Source: Laetmonice hystrix
Taxonomy: Eukaryota
Direction of reading: 5' to 3'
Length of the DNA stretch: 64,000 nucleotides
Assembly: GCA_965235115.1 (NCBI GenBank)
Contig: OZ249436.1
Span: 46,998,001-47,062,000 of the forward strand
Within the stretch, counting starts at the first letter, position 1. Each line of letters opens with the position of its first letter. Below are positions 27,601 to 39,093 of the stretch, piece after piece. The translations under genes were made by a program, and so were the position numbers. The notes beneath the pieces are model-generated. The model was not told where the DNA came from. It worked only from the letters and a program-made list of their open reading frames with translations, and ran no database searches.

Positions 27601-30064
27601 TGTCGAAACCTCTGCTCGGCGGGCCCGAGACACAGGTCCTACACCTCGGCCGGGGTAGGCACATTATTCTCTACTTAGGTCGATTTCTCTCACTTTTTTT
27701 TTATCGAGGCAGAGAATCTCTGACTTTTAACATGGTATGGTTAACAAATTGTGGCATGATCCCAGGACACTTTCACACCACGTCGGCTGCTGATATGTGC
27801 AAGAAATAGTCTCGAATAGGCTACATGCATGCATGTAATGGAAAATATCCTCGCCCCTCCTGAGAATTATTTACAAAACACATCTAACTGCTCCTGAAGA
27901 CCTGGAATTAACCTTGCCAGAGTAGCAGCCTACCCCGTGCTGTTAGTTTATAGTTGAGGTGTGACTTGTCCTCCCCAGACGTGACGATCCCATCGCTGGT
28001 CGTCCACGGCGTCTCCCGTCAACTTCTCTTCATTCAGACCACACCTACTGGTGGCGCCATCTATGTAACAAGTTTCACATCAGGCGACAAGTCAGTCCTG
28101 GAGGTTGTTGACAAAGGAAGTACTCTAACATTGCATGAACGTTCGGGGTCAGTGGATCATCAACACTCATTAAATTGTGTTTATCAAAGTTTTGAAGGAG
28201 GTGATGAGTTTCTTGTCAATTTGTGCCAGGGTTATAGGCCTACTCCATTCCTACTACAGCTTTAGGATTTTAGTTATCTCACTGTCACCGTCATCAGACT
28301 GTATGGGGCGGTCCTCGACGTTCCCGTGTTTTTCGCTTGTTTTGAGCTTTGATATTTTCCTGTCTCAGCATCCTGTACTGGACCAGCAAGACGACTAACG
28401 GCACATGGGCAATCTACCGGAAGTCGCTTCACGCAGCCGTGTCGAGCAAGAAGAAGATCGGCGAATCAGGGACACAAATTTCCGACATTTCCGTTTCTTA
28501 CTCGGGTAATTTTCTGACAGGCTTGATCTAAAACAAACAAGTCAAACCAAAAAAAAATCGCTGCGGACTGAATTGGGCGTTTGATTGTAGAACTAGATCA
28601 CGAGGGGGAGGATATTCAAAGTAGGCCTATCTAGGGGTCTGGTAAATCGTGGGGGGGGGACCTGGAATCTGGTAAATTGGGGGGTGGGGTGGGGAAGGAA
28701 ATGATACTCTGATCCCACCCTTTAGGCTAATGCTTCTGTTGCGAGACCCCTGTATTAAGTTACTAAAAGTCACCATTTTTTTATGGAAACGGTTCCAGAT
28801 GACCTTCTTTACTGGTCCACTGCTACTGCCATCTGGCGGTCGACCCTGGAAGGAGAGAACCCGGATGTGGTACATTTCGACCATCGTGCCAACTTTTCGT
28901 CTCTGGCAGTGGTCAACGGTTACGTGTACTGCAGCCACTGGAACAAGCGGTAAGCCTCAAGGAAAGGCTAGAAAAGGGTTAGAAAAGGCAGATCTGCAGA
29001 AGGAGACAGGGGTTAAAGTTAGATTTGGGACCATTAAAATAATAGATGTTTACACTTATTCTCACCATAGTTGGTGTGAATGTTACAACGGGTAATCGAC
29101 CAATTTTTGTAGGTCTTTATTTCGTCTAAACCTGGAGACGCTGAAGGAGGAGAACGTCACAGATCCGTGTTTCTCTAGGATCACCAGCGTCCGCGAGTAC
29201 TGGAGACTTCCTCCCAAACCCAAACCAACGAGTGAGTACAACTAACTGACAGATGGCGTTACTGGTGCTGAAGTTCAGCTCAATGATGCCAGCAAACACT
29301 TCAGCCTTCAAACGGGCGATTTTTGTAAACTAACCCCAAACGCAGGTAGCCTTCATTAATTTTATAGGGTTATATTTTGTCACCTATGAGGAATCAGGTC
29401 TCAGGGAGGGCTATCCTATGTAGGCCCTAATGTCGGACTATAGATTCTATGTTTTCTTTTCGGTATTTCTGCAGCAGCCACACCTGTAGTGAGGGCCAGC
29501 AGTGACCAGGAGGAGACTAAAATCCTCTGGGGAATGTCTCTACCCGTCGTAGCGGGGATTGGTACGGCGTTCCTCCTCCTCCTCATTGTCATAGCAACCC
29601 TCAGCTGCGTTCTTATCGCACGAAAACGACGTCGTAAAAAGACACCCCAGGGGGCGCTTCCGTCGACGTACACCGCGCCTGCGCACGACAACCCGACCTA
29701 CGTCACGACCGAGTTCCCGCCTCTTGCCGAGCCCGTGTATGACGCAATCCCAGCCCAGCAGGGGGCGGCCCAGGGGGCGGTCGCTGACCCTGGGGAGGAC
29801 TCCCAGAATTCAGATCTTCCTGATATCATCATGACCAAGCAGGGAATCCCGCTCCCCGAGCGACCGGACCTTGGCCCTACTCCCCCGCAATCCCCAGCAG
29901 AGGGCGCTGTGTTAGAAACGTGTACGGGCCCAGAAAGCGAAACCGACACGGACAATGTTGTGGTTTCTTCCGATCGTGAGGAACTTGTGCCAGAGGCGAC
30001 TGTACCTGTAGAAGTGGCCGTCAATGTCCATGACCCCACTGACACGCACAATTCTCACCTGTAG
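15641..30064 (+). CDS. LRP/LDLR-family-like YWTD beta-propeller/EGF transmembrane receptor, paralogue 2 (apparently complete, 17 coding exons)
   Basis: Exons: 15641-15707 (signal peptide MYGRLTLLTLLTLMWTPTTLLA), 20848-21328, 21618-21885, 22695-22839, 23121-23234 (EGF), 23524-23796, 24680-24830, 25225-25353, 25523-25634, 26237-26384, 26695-26814 (EGF), 27412-27654, 27979-28147, 28369-28505, 28799-28949, 29113-29231, 29475/29478-30064. Phases are compatible at all junctions. Motifs GLAVDWLSGSVYWSD, GMAIDYDTDMLYWVD, GMAVDWLSANLYYTD; TM followed by RKRRRKK and NPTY. Confidence 0.88.
18804..18818. promoter_or_regulatory. CTCF-consensus-like site
   Basis: AGCGCCACCTGGTGG, in intron 1 of receptor paralogue 2. 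Confidence 0.4.
18823..19199. mobile_element. Degenerate palindromic MITE bounded by TTAA
   Basis: Imperfect inverted arms: TTAGATAAGGCCT/AGGCCTTATCTAA, GACTTGAACAGCC/GGCTGTTCAAGTC, ATGACTCC/GGAGTCAT. TTAA at both ends. Confidence 0.55.
21880..22512 (+). repeat. 35-bp minisatellite (~18 copies) containing the exon-3 splice donor of receptor 2
   Basis: Unit ACCAG|GTACACTGCCAAACCGGTCACATTGTCATT. Confidence 0.95.
24054..24710 (+). repeat. 47-bp minisatellite (14 copies) containing the exon-7 splice acceptor and exon start of receptor 2
   Basis: Unit TTTTCTTGTCCYAG|GAATGGCTGTTGATTGGTTATCGGCAAACCTAG. Confidence 0.95.
25806..26240 (+). repeat. ~28-bp degenerate minisatellite abutting the exon-10 acceptor of receptor 2
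   Basis: Unit TTCAGGATTAAGGACTTGTCTCTGTGAG. Confidence 0.9.
26912..27280. repeat. 40-bp intronic minisatellite, ~9 copies
   Basis: Unit CTGACACACCCTTATCTTCACGAGTACATCCTTATCTCRA. Confidence 0.95.
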
Positions 30065-30618
30065 GAAACAGATTCGGGTAAAGAGCTGGATTCCCTTTAC
30101 CTGCATACCCGCCTATAATTATAATAATGTTTATTTATATAAAAGCGACAGTTTGCGGACCGATGCCGAAAAAAGACGTAGACTGATATATGGGGAGGAC
30201 GAATCACTGAAACGGATATCATAGTGCATTTCAGAACACGTATCATAATAGGGAGCGCAAGTCTCGTGACCTAGTTATCAAAACGTGATGTTAATGTGCA
30301 TTTCTGGCGACATGCAGCATCCGTTACGTCACAATGAGAGAAAGTTCTTCAGTAGGCCCTCCAAGGCTAAATGACCGGAACCGGAATTTGGCCAACCCGC
30401 ATTTCTCGTCGAGTCGCGCATTGTAACGTGACATACTTACGCTCCCTATTTCATTATTTCCTAAACGGCTCAACGTTAGGGGTTGGAATCACATGTTTAG
30501 CTCCCAAATAACATGTATAAATCTGAAGAAACTGAAACTAGCTACGAGTGGCCGAGTACATGTACGACTACACGATGTATCAACATAATCGGGTCTCTCG
30601 GGGAGCCCTCCAAGAAAA

Positions 30619-30882
30619 CATGTTTCCCGCAGTTTGACTTCTTTCAAAGTCTGATAAGAGACAGATAAAGAGATGACTGGCATGGCATGTTTCCCGCAGT
30701 CTGACTTCTTTCAAAGTCTGATAAGAGACAGATAAAGAGATGACTGGCATGTTTCCCGCAGTTAAACTTCTTTCAAAGTCTAAGAGACAGATATAAAGAG
30801 ATGAATGGCATGGCATGTTTCCTGCGGTTTAACTTTTTTCAAAGTCTGATAAGACACAGCTAAAACGATGAATGGAATGGCA
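30619..30882. repeat. ~62-67-bp tandem repeat, ~4 copies
   Basis: Unit CATGTTTCCCGCAG...TTCTTTCAAAGTCTGATAAGAGACAGATAAAGAGATGACTGG. Confidence 0.85.
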
Positions 30883-31880
30883 TGCAACTGATGCAGGCGG
30901 CAGTCTACTTGCCAATGATATTGAGAACTAGTAACATTGAGCAGCAGAATCAACAACAGCAAGCACGTTAGCCCTCCGGACTCAACCCAACTTAATCATA
31001 TAAGTTTAGATTTCTGTGAAAATGTGTATGCCCGGTTAGATGCCGTCTCTATCGAGGTTTATGCCGTATCAATGATTCCAATTCGTGATTTTTCGAATAT
31101 TACGAATTCTACAGCTCCTCTAAACTCGGGATGAGTCACAGGAATGTACATTTGATCACTCATTAAATGTGACAGCTTGATTACCCTCATTTTGTGGTTT
31201 ATTTCCCCATGGGATAGGTACCGCCCCACGAAATCGGGATTGGAGATATGTGGACCGGGAGAGAGGGGTAGAATTAAAATCGGGGTCGGTGATCTATGGA
31301 CTGGGAGAAAGGGATAAGGTGAGATTTAGCACCAGTAAAAGTAGATTGACCTCTCCCCACCACCAGCACTGCCAGTCCGATCAGAGTATTCCAATATGCC
31401 TTGAATAATAAAAACGTAAGCCAGGGCATTCGTTTCTTGACATAATTATAATGCGTTCTTGAAATGTTATACAATACAAAATGATTTATTGATCTTTTCC
31501 AGGGAAAAACACACGCTGCATCTGCTTGCCATACTAGGCTAAGTTCCCCTGAAAATAGATCACGTTAAATAGGCCTAAATTTGGACCTAGGTGAAGTTTT
31601 CTCTATAGGTTATATCGATGGGGACTATAGGCTACTTAAGGTCGTATATTGAGGCTTTGACCTTTGTGGAAGTTCAATTCGTAAGAGTACGAAAATGTCG
31701 AAGTTTGTACAACGTACCTGATTTCTTACACCTGCAGAGAAATCTGCAAGCTAGACCTAGTTCAGTGAATGGTAATTCACGAATTGAGCCATTAGAATGT
31801 GACGCCGTGAATCTGTATGTGACGTCATATATCGCGATATGACGTCATTTATCGGGATGTGACGTCATAAGCGGTGGGGG

Positions 31881-32276
31881 TCAGGTGAAAGTCTCGTTGA
31901 CGTTGATCCTGTAGACGCCGACTAGCTGCACGGTGCTATCCCCTGTGGACACGTCGAGTGGGGCAGCGTCTGGGTATGAGGGTTGTTTCACAGGTCGGGT
32001 CCGACACCACTGACTCAGACAGAACACCATGCCAACCCCTAATAACGCGCCGCCTAGCACGATGAAAATAATGTCGGCTTTGATCATACCATCCCGCCAG
32101 GAGTCGCCAGTGTTGGTAGCGAATAGAATGATGCCGATAGCAAGGGTCATGATGCCCGGTACGATGAGCATGAAGGAACCCTGAGGCACGTTGTACAAAC
32201 ACCGACCACAGCAGTGACTAGACTCGATCTGCTGTTCGCCTGGCTTCAGGTCCTTCTTGGGCTGTGTAACCTTCAT
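31881..32276 (-). CDS. Small two-transmembrane protein, 131 aa, unknown family
   Basis: ATG-initiated ORF with a Cys cluster (HCCGRC) and two hydrophobic helices (FMLIVPGIMTLAIGIILFA; IIFIVLGGALLGVGMVFCL). Upstream acceptor near 32356 (ttttttaccagcag) and a likely non-coding first exon ending at donor 33423. Confidence 0.7.
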   Translation of the reverse strand: MKVTQPKKDLKPGEQQIESSHCCGRCLYNVPQGSFMLIVPGIMTLAIGIILFATNTGDSWRDGMIKADIIFIVLGGALLGVGMVFCLSQWCRTRPVKQPSYPDAAPLDVSTGDSTVQLVGVYRINVNETFT

Positions 32277-33423
32277 CTTGATTGGCCCAATGTGTCGTGA
32301 CGTCAGACGCTACACAGTCATGTGAAGCCAACTCTGGGACCTTGAAGTTTCATCCCTGCTGGTAAAAAAGAGCACATTATTATTATGAGCTGCGGGTGTA
32401 AGAAAACAGGCCTAACCAATGATTCCAAGGGAGGCAACAGCTGTGAATTTACCAGCCAATTTAGCATTGCGAGTGCGCATGTGCAGGAGACACGTCAAAT
32501 AATAGACACGGATCAGGCAGATTAGACACGTGTTAGGCCTATATACAGTGGGTATGACAAGCCTGACGTAGACACATAATAGATGGCAAGGCCAACAGCT
32601 GACACTGACAACACAACAAATTGTCGAGGGTGTGACTGGTCTGCGCTATGTTACATCAATGATAGTTTTCATACAGTAGGCCTATGTCCCCAAAAGGTCG
32701 CTGTATGTAGATCTAACTCCGTTTGATAAAACCGGGAAACCATAATACTTCAATGTTACAACTTTTTGATTGTTTAGATACACTTAGTCCTTCACATAAA
32801 CAGCGGTTCAACGTGTTACAACGTACCCCGGCATCGATATTATGGCTTCCCATTATCTTTCCAACAATACGCCATCTTTGGCTACGAGCATCGATCAGCA
32901 TTCGAGTGACTGCGTTGGTTGAGCAAGGGAGGAGCCACCAAACATGCAGTAAAGAATTAAAAATATCACATTATTCTCACACAGTCTCGTCTGGTGAGAT
33001 ATATAAAAAAGAGGCAACTTTACCGATCCTAATATAGGCCAGACGTGTCTTAACTTGACCGTACGCAGAACATTCCTCTAGGTCTGTGCCTGTGTGGGGG
33101 TACAGCCGATACTGCTGATGGTCCCTTATCTTAGGCCGGTCGGCTGGGAGTGAGCTAGGATCCGGGTACATTATGGCGTGTTCAACAGGCTCCTGACCCA
33201 TCCCATGCTTCACCCAGCAGTCCAATCAGTCCCTATACACTATCACTTTAAACCCATGCAGGCCAGGATTGTGTTGTCTCTGGGTCTTACATTATCCAGA
33301 CTTCCTGCCCACGAATTAAACATGATTACGTATGCCAATTAAATGTTGGTATTTATCCAACCAGTTATGTCGGCAACTATACTGGCTAATTTGTGTTCAT
33401 GCATATATGGTGCACGACCTACC

Positions 33424-33731
33424 TCACTGACTGGTGGTGTTTGTGGAGTAGGATTGACCAACAGGAGTCACTGACTGGTGGTGTTTGTGGAGTCGGATTG
33501 ACCAACAGGAGTCACTGACTGGTGGTGTTTGTGGAGTCGGATTGACCAACAGGAGTCACTGACTGGTGGTGTTTGTGGGGTCGGATTGACCAACAGGAGT
33601 CACTGACTGGTGGTGTTTGTGGAGTCGGATTGACCAACAGGAGTCACTGACTGGTGGTGTTTGTGGAGTCGGATTGACCAACAGGAGTCACTGACTGGTG
33701 GTGTTTGTGGAGTCGGATTGACCAACAGGAG
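33424..33731 (-). repeat. 44-bp minisatellite, 7 copies
   Basis: Unit (+) TCACTGACTGGTGGTGTTTGTGGAGTCGGATTGACCAACAGGAG. Confidence 0.95.
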
Positions 33732-33758
33732 TGAGGAAACTATAAGTTTTCCTTGTTG

Positions 33759-33765
33759 TTATATA
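33759..33765 (-). promoter_or_regulatory. Putative TATA box of the small two-TM gene
   Basis: TATATAA on - strand about 27-30 nt upstream of an Inr-like CTCACTC (~33732), then the repeat exon and a gtaggt donor. Confidence 0.45.
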
Positions 33766-34254
33766 CAGGCATAGGCTCTATAGCCTACTCCAGCGTTAGC
33801 TGCACCGCCTCTCTCCTCTCCACTCCATTTATACCAGACCCACACCCCTGGCATACTTACGGCTGCTGTATCCTGCTCCTATCATAAGTGTGCCGCTTCT
33901 CGGTATGTTTACATGGAAACTATTACCAGCATCAATATCTCATTCTATCACCAAAGATTATACATCAAGATTACACTCAGAAATACGGCCAGCACCGAGT
34001 GTGTGTTGGTAGTACTGATGGATGACGTTGTGTTTGTATAGCAGTCGAACACAAATTTACTTCAAGCAGATGGAATCTTCCTATAGTGAATACGGCAAAA
34101 TACAAGTATCATGCACTGCAATAACCATTCTTTCAAGCCCTTTCGAAATCCGACCAGGTATGGGGTAAGGTTTCTATGAGAGAGACAGGCGGACAGACAG
34201 AATTGAGATAGCGGGAGAGAGACACACACAGAGTAAGACAGACACACACAGCTA

Positions 34255-34326
34255 GGGATAGAGAGACAGAGAGCCACAGAGAGAGATACAGAGAGACAGA
34301 GATCCACAGAGAGAGAGACAGAGAGC

Positions 34327-34378
<52 letters not shown>

Positions 34379-34398
34379 GAGGAAGAAAGAGAGAGAGC
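34255..34398. repeat. (GA)n / GACA compound microsatellite
   Basis: Direct inspection. Confidence 0.9.
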
Positions 34399-34682
34399 CT
34401 ATAGGAACATACTGCTTTGAATAATATGGTAAGCCACAAAAGAGCGGTCGTAGGTAGCATATAGCCGGTACAAACATAGCATAGAATCGTCTTTCGAACC
34501 TCCGGCAGACGACCAACACTCCCCTAGTTCCACCTCTACCAACACACGTTTTACCTGTGAATGGCAGCATCACCTGAAGCACCTAATGTCCAGCGTTCAC
34601 CACCATGCCAAAAGAGAAGGAGGCCTCGATCCTGATTCTGAGGTCAGTGTGATCAGGAAATTCTACCTATCTTGCCTATGGT

Positions 34683-35040
34683 GTGCAGGGGGCAATGAAC
34701 AGCGCAGGGGACAATGAACAGTGCAGGGGGCAATGAACAGTGCAGGGGACAATGAACAGTGCAGGGGGCAATGAACAGTGCAGGAGACAATGCACAGTGA
34801 AGAGGGCAATGCACAGTGAAGAGGGCAATGCACAGTGAAAGGGCAACGCACAGTGCAGGGGGCAATGCACAGTGAAGAGGGCAATGCACAGTGCAGTGGG
34901 CAATGCACAGTGAAGAGGGCAATGCACAGTGAAGAGGGCAATGCACAGTGAAGGGGGCAATGCACAGTGCAGTGGGCAATGCACAGTGCAGTGGGCAATG
35001 CACAGTGAAGGGGCAATGTACAGTGCAGTGGGCAATGCAT
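34683..35040. repeat. ~19-bp minisatellite (GGGCAATGCACAGTGAAGA variants)
   Basis: Direct inspection; explains the Cys/His/Pro-rich repetitive ORFs. Confidence 0.9.
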
Positions 35041-35717
35041 TGGGTGGGGAAATATGGCTTCGAAAGCTTTTCTTCATCACAATCTATTGAGGAAAGAGGC
35101 ACCTCAATGCAAAGATCATTAACAATGTACCAGCACCTGTAGGTGTTGGTGGAATTCATGGATAAGACGGCAAGCCGCCCTTATACCTGCCCTACATCTG
35201 ATGTTGATGCATGAATTAGGTAAGAGTAGATTACCCGTTACATTGGCCAATAGGATACGTCAGACCAAATATTTGAGGAAAGGCCTAATGTCGGTAATAA
35301 AGCCTATGTAATCTCCCCGTTTACAGTGATTTGTTGGTCGTCCAGACCGATTACGGAAATCCGTCGATCGACCCAACAAAACATATCGGTGTAAATGTGG
35401 CTGTACCTGTCGTGTCAGCAAACCTTGGTTATTCGATTGACCTGTACCTGTCTTGTCAGCAAACCTTGGTTATTCGATTGACCTGACAGAAAGTGGTCGC
35501 TGGTCGGACACTGCCGCATGCCTTCATGCATGCATGAATGGGTCCGCAGGAATGAACTCGCGGGACTAGACGCCAGACCGGTTCAACTGTGTTCATTTAA
35601 TATTAATGGAAATCAACAGTTGAATCTGACCTGATGTCACTGTCGGTTTGCGAGAGTTCAAGGGCACAGAGGTTTCTCAAATGTCGGACCGCTTTATGTT
35701 AAACTCTATAGTGTTAC

Positions 35718-35938
35718 AACGGCAATGAAAACGCATAGGTCCAAATGTTTATATATTTTCATCCCGAGTTGGATGTGCAAAGTGTTGGTCAAGAAGAGGA
35801 ATGTTGTTTTCTGAGTAGTCTATTCCATTGAGTTACCTCTCTCGTACGTCTGGTTCCTTGTCAAATATCAAATATGACTGTTCCTTTCAAATAAATATGA
35901 GTTACTCTATTTCCAGCCTCTGCGTTTTCATTGCCGTT
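35718..35938. mobile_element. Small TIR element (MITE)
   Basis: AACGGCAATGAAAACGCA ... TGCGTTTTCATTGCCGTT, perfect 18-bp inverted repeat; TSD unclear. Confidence 0.5.
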
Positions 35939-36597
35939 CAGTATATTTAGTACGTATCGGCGTGTACCTAACTGCCTTCAATGGAGCCGCATACTCCTGA
36001 TGACCGTGGTATACGATCAATGGGTATTTCGAATGGGTACGTCCTAATACAGGTAACACCTCGATATTATAGTTCATGTACACTATATATTCTCATATGA
36101 TACTTAATGTACTGCTTTATTACTCTAAATGTTTTTGTAACGATTTATTTATGTTTTGTTTATCATACAATTTACAGGTTATGACTCTTGGAGCAAACCT
36201 CCGATCTCAATTTTTTTAAAATTTGCGTTATTGGCTTTATTGGCCGGTTTTCAGCATTGGAAATCCATTTCTTGCTGCACACAGCACTGGCTGAATCTTT
36301 TATCAAGATCATTTCACCTATATCCGTTCAGCCTGAACCCCACGTATAGATTTAATCCACTTTGATTCACTATAAATATACAGGCTGGAGACAGCTGCTC
36401 AAGTGGTCGATATTTTGTGGCTACATTTTGTGGAACGTTTTCACTGATGCCTACTTGACGGCAGCTGGCTCATTATCATGGTATGACCGACGGGTATGCC
36501 AATATAAATCTACGTAGTTATTGTATATGATAACCATAATTGTGAAAATAATACAGAATAGAGTATAAAAATATCTTCTCTCTCCCTCTCCCTCTCT

Positions 36598-36725
36598 GTC
36601 CGTCAATACACGTTTAGTGGGTAGGTCCGTCAATACACGTTTAGTGGGTAGGTCTGTCAATACACGTTTAGTGGGTAGGTCCGTCAATACACGTTTATTG
36701 GGTAGTCTGCCAATACACGTTTAGT
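36598..36725. repeat. 27-bp tandem repeat, ~4.5 copies
   Basis: Unit GTCAATACACGTTTAGTGGGTAGGTCC. Confidence 0.9.
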
Positions 36726-38011
36726 ATAGGCCTATATGGCGCAACGCGTACACATTGGGGGAGTTGCCTTTTACCTTTTTCAGTTGATTTAAATTTCTCG
36801 TATCAGCCATTATCTAGGATGAGTCATAGTAGGCCTTCCCAGGCGGAACCAGGCCAAGAAACACACCATTCAAACAAGTCGGTTTTTGTTGACATTTCCC
36901 GGCCGTGTGGATAAGTGCAATTACATTTCTCTGTAGAGCATACAATATAACGATAGAGTCTACTGGTACTTAAAAAAATTGCCGTACATTAGTCTCAAGT
37001 TAAAGAACTTAGTGGGTCTCTCTGAATTCCCTACACCAACTGAGCTGCAGAAGGATATGCCCAATTACCCCGAAGTCGACAGATCAGAGGATACTTGAGT
37101 GTGGTTCTATATAAATGCCCCGCGTTCCGCCCTATGACTCCCAGTCGGCCTAGATTCATCTCATGAACACTGTCTTACCTTGGCTTAGAGTACCTGTAGT
37201 CTGACAGCTGAATTTCCTGCAGTTCACCCTCATGTTGTGTATTCCTACACGCAGGTTTTGAGAGGGGTTCCCTGGTTTTATCCGTTGATCTAAACGACCA
37301 TGCTCACAGAGGGTTCCCACGCCAGGCGTCCTGCTGGTTGACCGGTACAGTTTGTTGGGGTTTGAGCCAGGCAATGCCGTGTTACAGGTGCGCTACGTTC
37401 AGACGCCGCGATATCAGGCGGCTGGCAGCTGTGGCCGTGCGTCTCCCACCTGGCTTTCTTTGTGTACTGGGTGTGGAAGGATTCAATGCCAGCCACTATA
37501 CCTGGACAAACGCGAAGCACTCTAGCGGAATTCAGTGTCATTTCTTTATTGAATAAAACTTTATTTCAAAATTACAATGATGAACAAATTGAAGGTTATA
37601 GACGGTGCCATTTGACTTTTCTTCTTTTTTTTATCGGGTAACCATGTACAATATCCATTATGTTGAAGGGTAGCTCAAACATTGACCATCATTTAGAATT
37701 TTTAGAATTGTGTACAAGGCTGGCCAAATTAAGGCAGCAATTATACTTATTCACAGAACCAAAATTTAGCCTAGTATGAAAAAATGTGTAACATAAAATC
37801 TTTAAAAACTAGCAGTAAAAAGTGCAGTGAGAATCAATATAAGATAAAATCGCTGGAACGTTTGGACAGGCAGGGCCTGGGGGTCCAGCCCCCCCCCCCC
37901 CCCCAAAAAAAAACCCTCTTGAAGTAAGAGTGCTTTAGCAGCCCTCCCCGCTAACTGTGAATATACTCTCGGCTTGCCCCAAAGTGAGAGAGAATCAAGG
38001 TTGGTTTTCAC

Positions 38012-38093
38012 TAAGCTGGTTCCCGGCTCAGTCGCTAGGGGGCTCTGTCGTCGACCACAAAACCACCTAGCGAGTGAGCCGGGAACCAGTTCA
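38012..38093. mobile_element. 82-bp hairpin micro-MITE with 9-bp TSD
   Basis: Arms CTGGTTCCCGGCTCAgTCGCTAGG / CCTAGCGAgTGAGCCGGGAACCAG; flanking direct repeat GGTTTTCAC at 38003-38011 and 38094-38102. Confidence 0.65.
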
Positions 38094-39093
38094 GGTTTTC
38101 ACCCCCTCCAACTGTGAACTACAATGTACATAGGCCTATAGGGCCTACTTCTGTCGCCGAAATGGGGAGTAGAAAGGAAATGACATGGCGGCCATCTTTG
38201 AGGTGCTGACCTCTAAAAGTAAAATGTTTTGTCGCGAGTGTCCTGAGAATAAATAATGAAGGTCCCTAAAACCGATAATAGTTCACTGATAGATCTATGG
38301 TTATTTCCAACTTCTGATCGCCTGTAGGCCTATTGGGGGCGCCACCTTCGAGACTCGTTAAACACAATATCCCTCTAGGTGACTCTGGTCTGTAGCAAAG
38401 TTATTATCCTTGCCACTAGGTGCCGCCACCTACCAAAACTCTACTTTCAGCGCCATTACATTTTCGGATCTTCTTTTGCCGTTTAGGCGCCGCCTTTGAT
38501 GAAAGCTACAGCAGTTATGGGTTAGCCGAGACGACGTCTTGTTTTAGCCGAGCCGTGATGTACTTTTCGGCCACCGTACAACAGTTGTATCAAGGCCTGT
38601 CTTCTAATATCTTTAGTGCTCAAACCCCATTCCTTACCCTTGGTATCTCATTAGGAGGTCAGCCAGTGAATAAATACATAAATAAAAAGAAGTTTGCAAC
38701 AATTTTATTGAAAACTCGTTTAAAATAAGGTATACAAAACATTTTCTGTAAAGGGTTCTTTCAACACACCTACTTTATATACTTACTATACTATACTTAA
38801 TATCACTTACTTTTTTATGGTATACACAGGCGAAGGCTTTGAAAGCATCACAGCTCCAACGAAAAGTACAGAAAATTACAAAAACTCGATTCCATGTTTA
38901 AAAACTTTCAATATACATTTGTATACGGTATAGGCGTACATGTATATCAGCACAGTAAAATGACGCTTCCTATTCTTTGTTTTTTTATCAAGATAAAATA
39001 CGTGTAGGTGATAGGCCGTGTGCGTATGTCTGTCGTCCTCTTAAAGTTAGCAGTGATCCAGTTGAAAGCAGAAAGGGTATATCGTACATGTAT

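Noticed and set aside
34062..35159. Ser/Leu-rich and Cys/His/Pro-rich ORFs
   Set aside because: These are translations of the GA microsatellite and the 19-bp minisatellite.
37156..37800. Possible LINE fragments (NLRVGIHNMR resembles an endonuclease start; T-rich tail-like stretch at ~37540)
   Set aside because: Too short and degenerate to support without a repeat-library search.
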